A stretch of DNA of 32,000 nt from Thermodesulfobacteriota bacterium (GTDB taxonomy: Bacteria; Desulfobacterota; WTBG01; JAGOGO01), in the NCBI GenBank assembly GCA_026625185.1, contig CP113000.1, positions 1,905,622-1,937,621 on the forward strand, given 5' to 3'. The stretch's first letter is position 1. The number at the start of each line of letters is the position of its first letter. Position numbers and translations under genes: made by a program. Shown here one piece after another: positions 1 through 6,532 of the stretch. The notes under the pieces are model-generated. The model was given only the letters and a program-made list of their open reading frames with translations. It had not been told where the DNA came from and did not search any database.

Positions 1-1
1 G

Positions 2-730
2 GGTAAACCTTTAGCCGTCGGGGGGTCAGCCGGCCGTACTGACGCAACGTCGAGAGGTGGCGTCTATGTGGTGCGTGAAGCAGCCAAGACATTGAATATC
101 GATCTTAAAGGTGGGACCATGGCGGTCCAGGGTTTTGGAAATGCGGGTCAATATGCGGCACTTCTTGGCCAGGAAATACTTGGTCTTAAACTAATCGCTG
201 CTTCTGACTCCAAAGGTGGGGTTTATTGTGAAAAAGGTATTGATCCTGAAGCGTTGGTTAAATACAAACTACAAACCGATACCCTTCAGGGGTTTCCCGG
301 CACCGATCCGATCAGTAACGATGACCTTTTAGAGCTTGAGGTAACCGTTCTTTTCCCATCAGCATTGGAACAAGTTATCACCGAAAAGAATGCTGACAAA
401 GTCAAATGTAGAATAATGTGTGAGCTTGCCAATGGCCCTACTACCCCTGAGGCAGACGATATTCTTTATCAGAATAATGTATTTGTGCTCCCTGATTTTT
501 TGGCCAATGCGGGGGGCGTTACTGTTTCCTATTTCGAACAGGTTCAAGGGGCATACAATTTCTTTTGGGACTTAAAAGAAATTCACTGGCGTCTCGACCA
601 GAAGATGACTAATGCCTTCGAAAGTGTTTATGCGATGAGCCAACGGGAAAAAATCAACATGCGCCAAGCTGCATACCTTGTTTCGGTTGCCAGAGTTGCT
701 GAAGCATGCCGGTTGCGGGGTTGGGTGTAA
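2..730 (+). CDS. gdhA: Glutamate dehydrogenase (Glu/Leu/Phe/Val dehydrogenase family), C-terminal part; 5' end outside window
   Basis: The frame is open from the window edge (GKPLAVGGSAGRTDATSRGGVYV...) and continuous with track ORF 68..730. It carries the dinucleotide-binding motif MAVQGFGNAGQ and a family-typical C-terminus ...AAYLVSVARVAEACRLRGWV. A strong terminator follows. Confidence 0.9.
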   Translation, partial: GKPLAVGGSAGRTDATSRGGVYVVREAAKTLNIDLKGGTMAVQGFGNAGQYAALLGQEILGLKLIAASDSKGGVYCEKGIDPEALVKYKLQTDTLQGFPGTDPISNDDLLELEVTVLFPSALEQVITEKNADKVKCRIMCELANGPTTPEADDILYQNNVFVLPDFLANAGGVTVSYFEQVQGAYNFFWDLKEIHWRLDQKMTNAFESVYAMSQREKINMRQAAYLVSVARVAEACRLRGWV

Positions 731-770
731 CTTTTTGCTGGTTTGTGGAATAAAAAACTTTGTTTTTTAT

Positions 771-817
771 GAGGGGAAGAAAGAAAACAGTATCTTTCTT
801 CCCCTCATATTTTTTTA
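771..817 (+). terminator. Rho-independent terminator of gdh
   Basis: Perfect 14-bp stem GAGGGGAAGAAAGA / TCTTTCTTCCCCTC with an 8-nt loop, followed by ATATTTTTTTA. It lies about 40 nt after the gdh stop. Confidence 0.75.
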
Positions 818-819
818 TG

Positions 820-1112
820 GTGCGGGAGAAATTGAAGTGATTATCTTCAACGTTTATCTCACACTTTTCCCAACTAAATTGTTTAACATTTTCTTTTCCC
901 CACGCTATAAGGCCATCCGGTACTGTCTGGTCGGAAATAATTTTATAAATTGCTTCCTCGATTTGCGTCGGATTGATGGGGTTGATGAACAAAGCGCCAT
1001 CACAGGCCACCTCCGGCATATTCGATACAAAAGAAGTGACCAACGGTAAGCCGCTGGTTTGTTCCTATAAAATGGGGACTCCAAAGCCTTCATAAAACCA
1101 TATCATTTTGCC
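820..1112 (-). pseudogene. Relic of a GT-B (GT4-like) glycosyltransferase: C-terminal third only, with an in-frame stop
   Basis: The minus-strand frame reads *GKMIWFYEGFGVPIL*EQTSGLPLVTSFVSNMPEVACDGALFINPINPTQIEEAIYKIISD...KENVKQFSWEKC, matching the conserved YEGFG...LEAMA.G.PV..S....PEV region of GT4 enzymes. A TAG (about 1065-1067) sits where the Glu of ...ILEAMA... is expected. A stop at about 1113-1115 and the absence of any upstream N-terminal domain show 5' truncation. The track splits the region into ORFs 654..1043 and 905..1093. Confidence 0.7.
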
Positions 1113-1378
1113 TCAGGCAACAGCGTTAAATGTTTAATCAGCTGATAGGCATATTGTTTAACCCCGGTTCGGTTTTTTTTGCATTGCTGCCTCAGCATTT
1201 ATAGAAATTCTCCTTAAGTCATCGCATAAAAAGTTGGGAAGTTTAGGTTTAACATCATTGGTTGATTCAAAATACCAGAGACGACAGAGAAATAAAAGAT
1301 GATTTTTTTTGCGGAATATTCTACAATTTGGTAAAAAAAATGGTTAATACTACGATTAAGTATTTTTTGGAGAACGGC

Positions 1379-2941
1379 ATGAATGTCCCTACTAAAGAAC
1401 CAAAAGCGAAACGTGAACTGGAAGAGCTTTCTCTCCTGTTTGAAATCAGTCAGACTCTGGAAAAAAGCCTGGATCTGCGAGAGGTTGTCGGTCCTTTATT
1501 GAGAGCGATGGCAAGCAAGATGGGCATGATGCGGGGAACCCTTACTCTTCTTAACCGGGAAACCGGAGAAATCGCCATTGAGCAAGCCTATGGGCTTTCC
1601 GAAAGCCAGCGAGAGCGGGGAAAATACAAGCTGGGAGAAGGCATTACCGGAAAAGTAATACAAACCGGAAAACCCGCGGTCATTCCCCGGATTTCTGAAG
1701 AGCCTCTATTTTTAAACCGCACCGGGGCTCGGGAGGATTTGAAAAAACGGGATATCTCCTTTATCTGTGTGCCGATAAAGCTGGGGAAGGAAAGTATTGG
1801 TGCGTTAAGTGTTGACCGGTTATTTGGGGATACCGTCTCTTTGAAAGAAGACCTGCGTCTTCTTTCCATTATAAGTTCGATGATCGGCCAGGCGGTTCGT
1901 TTGCGTCAACAAATGAGAACGGAGCGAACCCAACTTTTAGAGGAAAATATTCATCTCAAGGAGCAACTTCAAGATCGGTTTCGCCCTGCGAATATTATCG
2001 GCAACTCCAATGTCATGCAGGCAGTGTACGATCTGATCGCGCAGGTATCCAAAAGCAATACCACGGTGCTGATCCGGGGGGAAAGCGGAACCGGTAAAGA
2101 GCTGGTGGCTAACGCGATCCATTACAACAGTCTTCGTGTTTCTAAACCATTTATTAAAGTGAACTGTGCGGCGCTTCCGGAAACAGTTATCGAAAGTGAA
2201 TTGTTTGGGCATGAGAAAGGAGCGTTTACCGGCGCGGTCGGTCAAAGAAAAGGACGTTTTGAATTGGCGCACGGGGGAACTATTTTTTTTGATGAAGTGG
2301 GCGACCTGTCTCCGGCGACACAGATTAAATTTTTGCGGGTCTTGCAGGAAAAGGAGTTTGAGCGAGTCGGCGGCATCGCCACCGTCAAAACCGACGTGCG
2401 GGTCATTGCGGCAACAAATCGAAATTTGAAAACGTTAGTGGAAGAAGAAAAATTTCGTGAAGATCTCTATTATCGGCTTAATGTTTTTCCGATTTACATG
2501 CCTCCTTTGCGGGAGCGAAAAACAGATATACTGTTACTGGCCGACTACTTTGTGGAAAAATACAGTAAAGCGAATCACAAAAACATTTGCCGAATCTCTA
2601 CTCCGGCGATTGATATGCTCATGAGTTATCACTGGCCGGGCAATGTGAGAGAGCTTGAAAATTGCATTGAGCGGGCCGTTATTCTCAGTAATGATGATGT
2701 GATTCACGGCCATCATCTCCCACCCACGCTTCAAACCGCTGAAGCAACCGGTACTGCCAGTGGCGGCAATCTTCAAGAGACGCTTGATAATCTTGAGCGA
2801 GAGCTAATCCTTGATGCGCTTAAATCCTCGCGTGGGAACAAAACCAAGGCAGCCCGGCTTTTGGGAATAACCGAACGATTGATGGGGTTGCGGGTAAAAA
2901 AATATGGCATAACCCCTAAACGTTTTTCTACCAAAAAGTAA
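1379..2941 (+). CDS. Sigma-54-dependent transcriptional activator (GAF sensor + AAA+ + Fis-type HTH; NifA-like architecture, no receiver domain)
   Basis: N-terminal GAF-like region ([24 protein letters not shown]...). AAA+ domain with Walker A GESGTGKE and the sigma-54 contact loop [10 protein letters not shown]-terminal [27 protein letters not shown]. The track ORF opens at TTG 1262; ATG 1379 is preferred because GGAGAA lies about 6-11 nt upstream. Confidence 0.9.
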   Translation: MNVPTKEPKAKRELEELSLLFEISQTLEKSLDLREVVGPLLRAMASKMGMMRGTLTLLNRETGEIAIEQAYGLSESQRERGKYKLGEGITGKVIQTGKPAVIPRISEEPLFLNRTGAREDLKKRDISFICVPIKLGKESIGALSVDRLFGDTVSLKEDLRLLSIISSMIGQAVRLRQQMRTERTQLLEENIHLKEQLQDRFRPANIIGNSNVMQAVYDLIAQVSKSNTTVLIRGESGTGKELVANAIHYNSLRVSKPFIKVNCAALPETVIESELFGHEKGAFTGAVGQRKGRFELAHGGTIFFDEVGDLSPATQIKFLRVLQEKEFERVGGIATVKTDVRVIAATNRNLKTLVEEEKFREDLYYRLNVFPIYMPPLRERKTDILLLADYFVEKYSKANHKNICRISTPAIDMLMSYHWPGNVRELENCIERAVILSNDDVIHGHHLPPTLQTAEATGTASGGNLQETLDNLERELILDALKSSRGNKTKAARLLGITERLMGLRVKKYGITPKRFSTKK

Positions 2942-3030
2942 TTTTTTAATAAAATTCCTACCTTTTTGTATATTTTTTTACTCTTTATTTTTTGCCAACA
3001 ACTGCCTCATACCGAATAAATCCAACATTC

Positions 3031-3054
3031 CCCTATGTTAATTGAAACATAGGG
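3031..3054 (+). promoter_or_regulatory. Perfect palindrome, candidate operator/UAS abutting the sigma-54 promoter
   Basis: CCCTATGTT-aattga-AACATAGGG: 9-bp perfect arms with a 6-nt spacer. It ends about 15 nt upstream of TGGCAC. No U-run follows, so a terminator is unlikely. Confidence 0.45.
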
Positions 3055-3069
3055 CGCTGATATCCTGTT

Positions 3070-3085
3070 TGGCACAACGATTGCT
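3070..3085 (+). promoter_or_regulatory. Sigma-54 (-24/-12) promoter of amtB-glnK
   Basis: TGGCAC-aacga-TTGCT has the exact GG/GC spacing of the consensus TGGCACG-N4-TTGCW. It lies about 110 nt upstream of the amtB ATG, and a sigma-54 activator gene ends 128 nt upstream. Confidence 0.8.
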
Positions 3086-3197
3086 GTAGATAACAATCGT
3101 GATGAGTCACAGCAGAATAAAAAAAACAATATAACGAAATTAATTTTAATTAATGTTCTGCGACATAAACACTCAAGGAGCCACACAGGAGGTTGCC

Positions 3198-4574
3198 ATG
3201 TGTAAAGGAAATAAAATAATCATGCATATACTCTTGCTCATTGTTGTATTTTTTCTGCTATCAACAGGAATAGTGTTAGCGGAAGAATCCACTGCATCTC
3301 TTCCTGCCGTAACGCAGGCGCAGGGTGCTTCAGGGTCGGCACCTCTCAAGGTCGACCCCGGTGATACCGCCTGGGTTCTAATTTCCACCGCGCTGGTTAT
3401 GTTGATGACTCCGGGGCTTGCTTTTTTTTATGGCGGCATGGTGGGCCGTAAAAATGTTCTTGGAATTCTGATGCAGTGTTTTACCATGCTGTGTGTTATC
3501 AGTGTGCTCTGGGTACTATACGGCTATAGTCTGAGTTTCGCGCCCGGTAACGGATTTTTGGGAGGCTTGAGCTGGTTAGGATTAAAAGGCGTGGGACTGG
3601 AGCCCTACGGTGATTACGCGGCGACGATTCCGCATCAGCTTTTCATGATGTTTCAGGCGATGTTCGCGATCATAACTCCGGCTCTTATTATCGGCGCCTT
3701 TGCCGAAAGGATGAAGTTTTCCGCCTTCCTCGTTTTTATGATTCTCTGGGCTACGCTGGTCTATGATCCAGTCTGTCATTGGGTGTGGGGAATCGGCGGG
3801 TGGCTGAGAACCCTTGGGGCCCTCGATTTTGCCGGAGGAACGGTGGTTCATATAAATGCCGGAATCGCGGCCCTGGTGATCGTGCTTTTTATCGGAAAAA
3901 GAAATGGCGGCCATAAAGCCATTTTACCCCACAACCTTCCTTTTACGCTTTTGGGAACTGCTCTTCTGTGGTTTGGATGGTTCGGGTTCAATGCCGGCAG
4001 CGCTCTCGGCGCAAACGGGTTGGCGGTAAATGCTTTTGTAGTGACCAATAACGCTGCAGCAGCTGCTGGACTGAGCTGGGCTTTGCTCGACTGGATTTTT
4101 AACCAGAAACCGACCGTGCTGGGCAATGCCACCGGAGCAGTTGCAGGTCTAGTGGCAATTACCCCTGCTGCGGGGTTTGTCAGCGCTTTTTCTGCCATTA
4201 TCATCGGTGGCCTGGTAAGCGTCTTTTGTTATATTGCCGTGTCGGTGGTGAAACCTAAGTTTGGTTATGATGACGCTCTTGATGTTTTCGGCGTTCACGG
4301 TATCGGTGGGATTTGGGGTGCGATTGCCACCGGTTTGTTTGCCTCAAAGACAGTCAATCCGGCCGGCGCAGATGGGCTGTTTTTCGGCAATCCCAAGCAG
4401 CTCCTGATTCAGTTGCTTGCCGTAGGCGTTACGATCGTCTACAGCGCTGTGGTAAGTTGCATCATTTACAAGATAGTTGAAGTTATCATAAAGGTGCGGG
4501 TGACAAAAAAAGATGAGACTATCGGACTCGACCTGTCACAGCACCATGAAAATGCCTATACGATTTTAGAATAA
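3198..4574 (+). CDS. amtB: Ammonium transporter (Amt/MEP family) with N-terminal signal/anchor
   Basis: Amt signatures DPGDTAWVLISTALVMLMTPGLAFFYGGMV, FAGGTVVHINAGIAALV and GVHGIGGIWGAIATGLFA. ATG 3198 is chosen because AGGAGG lies 6 nt upstream (the track ORF opens at 3153). Confidence 0.93.
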   Translation: MCKGNKIIMHILLLIVVFFLLSTGIVLAEESTASLPAVTQAQGASGSAPLKVDPGDTAWVLISTALVMLMTPGLAFFYGGMVGRKNVLGILMQCFTMLCVISVLWVLYGYSLSFAPGNGFLGGLSWLGLKGVGLEPYGDYAATIPHQLFMMFQAMFAIITPALIIGAFAERMKFSAFLVFMILWATLVYDPVCHWVWGIGGWLRTLGALDFAGGTVVHINAGIAALVIVLFIGKRNGGHKAILPHNLPFTLLGTALLWFGWFGFNAGSALGANGLAVNAFVVTNNAAAAAGLSWALLDWIFNQKPTVLGNATGAVAGLVAITPAAGFVSAFSAIIIGGLVSVFCYIAVSVVKPKFGYDDALDVFGVHGIGGIWGAIATGLFASKTVNPAGADGLFFGNPKQLLIQLLAVGVTIVYSAVVSCIIYKIVEVIIKVRVTKKDETIGLDLSQHHENAYTILE

Positions 4575-4585
4575 GGATAAAAACC

Positions 4586-4927
4586 ATGAAGCTTATTATA
4601 GCGATTATTAAACCAGAAAGATTGGAAGCGGTAAAACAGGAACTCTATAAAGCGGATGTGAATCTTATGACTGTCAATGAAGTACTGGGACATGGCCGGC
4701 AAATGGGGGTGACCGAAGTCTACCGGGGCGTCAAAGAGATGGGCAACCTTTTAAGGAAGATCCGTTTGGAAATTGCCGTTAATGAACATTTTGTCGAGCC
4801 CACGATTAATGCGATTATGAAAGGGGGTGGAACCGGAGAAATTGGAGACGGGAAAATATTTGTTCTCAACCTCTTCGACTGTATTCGGATCGGGACCGGT
4901 GAGCGGGGTGGCGAGGCAATCGGATAA
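4586..4927 (+). CDS. glnK: Nitrogen regulatory protein P-II
   Basis: 113 aa, MKLIIAIIKPERLEAVKQEL..., with T-loop GHGRQMGVTEVYRG and C-terminal TGEIGDGKIFV. It starts 11 nt after the amtB stop (the classic amtB-glnK pair), with AAGGA upstream. Confidence 0.92.
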   Translation: MKLIIAIIKPERLEAVKQELYKADVNLMTVNEVLGHGRQMGVTEVYRGVKEMGNLLRKIRLEIAVNEHFVEPTINAIMKGGGTGEIGDGKIFVLNLFDCIRIGTGERGGEAIG

Positions 4928-5011
4928 CAACTTATACCGAGTTGCATTCAAAATCAGATCGAGGCGACGACGAGGAGACAACAACAATATGCACATGAAG
5001 GCGAGTTGGTA

Positions 5012-5224
5012 TTACCACCATTTTCCCCTGGCCTGAAAGGTTTTTACAAATGTTTCAATGGAGCGGTCATAGGTCTTTTCAACATCTTTGGGGAAAGCAC
5101 AGGCCGGCAATTGTCCCATCCGCAGATGATACGGCAAACACTCACAGCAGGAACCCTTTTTGCTGCAGGAATCATAAGTGCAGGCGCAGCGGGTAAGATT
5201 TTTTTGAGCGGTACATTCCTTCAT
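5012..5224 (-). CDS. Small cysteine-rich cytoplasmic protein (DUF6485-like)
   Basis: 70 aa with patterned cysteines [33 protein letters not shown], recalled from a conserved small-protein family. AGGAGA lies 7 nt upstream of the ATG. The overlapping + strand ORF 5006..5248 has no such features. Confidence 0.7.
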   Translation of the reverse strand: MKECTAQKNLTRCACTYDSCSKKGSCCECLPYHLRMGQLPACAFPKDVEKTYDRSIETFVKTFQARGKWW

Positions 5225-5296
5225 GAAATTTCTCCTTGCGTGAAATAAGTTGTTGTTTAAAAAGAGCAGGGTCGTTTTTTTACTCTGGTGTTGTTC

Positions 5297-6508
5297 TCAA
5301 TCAATATACCCAAGCCCCCTCAATCGATTAAGCAGATCATCATCAACGCATACTTTTGCGGGGCTTGGTTTATAGTGAAAAGGGGCTTCCTCTGGGGGTT
5401 GAATAATTTTTTTCATCCGGGTTTGTAGATCATCACACGCCTCTTTTTTTTCGTCAGCGATATTATTTTTTTCATGAGGGTCAGTCGCCAGATGATAGAG
5501 TTCTTTGGCATCAGTCTGTTTATTCCAGATAATTTTATAATCCCCGGTATTAAAGGAAATAAGTTCGCTTTTTCCCCCCGACGGATGGTCACCGCCTATT
5601 TGGCTTAAAACTGGTCTGTCAGGTGCTAAAGCAAGTTTCAGCAGAGGAATAAGGGATTCTCCCTGATGTGATGCCAGAGGAGGTATCCCGAGGACTTCCA
5701 AGATGGTCGGGACAAGATCAATTGACCTCACCTGGCTCGGGATCGAGATTCCTGAAGGTATGAGCGCGGGGGACGAAATGATCAGGGGAACGTGGAGCAC
5801 CTCCTGATAGAGGTGTTTCGCGTGATAGCGATGGCCGTGATCACCAAACTCTTCGCCGTGATCAGAGGTAATAATAAAGAGGGTTTTTTCCGTTAACCCC
5901 TTTACCGCTAAATACTCTCGAATAAGGCCGATATAATAGTCGACAAATTTCACTTCCCCGTCAAAAAGGTCCTGCTCGGCATTGCCAAACGGGTTGAACT
6001 CTTTTGGCGGTGCATACGGGTTATGGGTATCGAGCACGTGCAGGTAGAGAAAGAAAGGATGAGTAATAAACTGATCAAGCCAATCGAATACGGCATTGAC
6101 GGCATCATTGATTCTGGGTTTGTATACTCCGGGAGCATTATCAAAAAGTTCGAGATAAAAGTCAAAGTCCTGATTAAACCCGCTTTTCGAACTTAAAAAA
6201 GGATTGGTCTGGACGCACCCGGTCACATAGCCGAACTTTTTAAGGATTGCGGGCAGAAAGATTTCATCCGCAGAGAGCCGGTCTTCAATGCTTTTGACGC
6301 CATGAATTTCAGGATAGGTTGAGGTCAGCAGGGAAGCCACCGCAGACTTGGTCCATGACGATTGGCTCATGGCGCGCTCAAAGGTTATTCCCTCAGCGGC
6401 AATTTTGTCGATTGCGGGGCTGGTTTCCCGCTGGTATCCGTAACAACCCAAGCGGTCAAAACGGAGGGCGTCAATCACGACCAGAAAAACATTACTGAAA
6501 GAACTCAT
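5297..6508 (-). CDS. Sulfatase-like hydrolase/transferase (alkaline-phosphatase superfamily), Thr at the nucleophile position
   Basis: N-terminal metal-site motif FLVVIDALRFDRLGCYG. Nucleophile segment SSWTKSAVASLLTS aligns with C/S-x-P-x-R-x4-TG of true sulfatases but reads T-x-S-x-V. Also TSDHGEEFGDHGH. It starts 24 nt downstream of glgP on the same strand. Confidence 0.85.
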   Translation of the reverse strand: MSSFSNVFLVVIDALRFDRLGCYGYQRETSPAIDKIAAEGITFERAMSQSSWTKSAVASLLTSTYPEIHGVKSIEDRLSADEIFLPAILKKFGYVTGCVQTNPFLSSKSGFNQDFDFYLELFDNAPGVYKPRINDAVNAVFDWLDQFITHPFFLYLHVLDTHNPYAPPKEFNPFGNAEQDLFDGEVKFVDYYIGLIREYLAVKGLTEKTLFIITSDHGEEFGDHGHRYHAKHLYQEVLHVPLIISSPALIPSGISIPSQVRSIDLVPTILEVLGIPPLASHQGESLIPLLKLALAPDRPVLSQIGGDHPSGGKSELISFNTGDYKIIWNKQTDAKELYHLATDPHEKNNIADEKKEACDDLQTRMKKIIQPPEEAPFHYKPSPAKVCVDDDLLNRLRGLGYID

Positions 6509-6532
6509 GGTTCACACGGTAAAAAATGTTAT

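Noticed and set aside
678-1049. 123-aa + strand ORF and the 129-aa/62-aa minus-strand ORFs as intact genes
   Set aside because: The minus-strand reading is a truncated, stop-interrupted GT4 C-terminus. Its tail reads through the gdh terminator hairpin and into gdh. The + strand ORF is the antisense shadow of that relic.
1262-1378. TTG 1262 / ATG 1340 as the start of the sigma-54 regulator
   Set aside because: The extra N-terminal residues ([26 protein letters not shown]...) are AT-rich, low-complexity sequence with no RBS. ATG 1379 has GGAGAA upstream, and the homology-like sequence begins there.
1379-2941. Calling the GAF/AAA+/HTH regulator NifA
   Set aside because: The architecture is NifA-like, but there are no nif genes nearby. 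The interdomain Cys motif of O2-sensitive NifA is absent. The only visible target promoter drives amtB-glnK, and the nearby palindrome is TGT-N8-ACA rather than TGT-N10-ACA. It is kept as a generic sigma-54 activator.
3848-4204. Antisense ORFs inside amtB (3582..3914, 3848..4204), glgP (7346..7621, 7575..7982, 8480..8737), the FGE-like gene (13945..14283, 13957..14190) and the THUMP methyltransferase gene (12483..12815, 12544..12831)
   Set aside because: All lie opposite confidently identified genes, and all have biased Arg/Pro/Ser-rich composition. They are treated as non-coding shadow frames.
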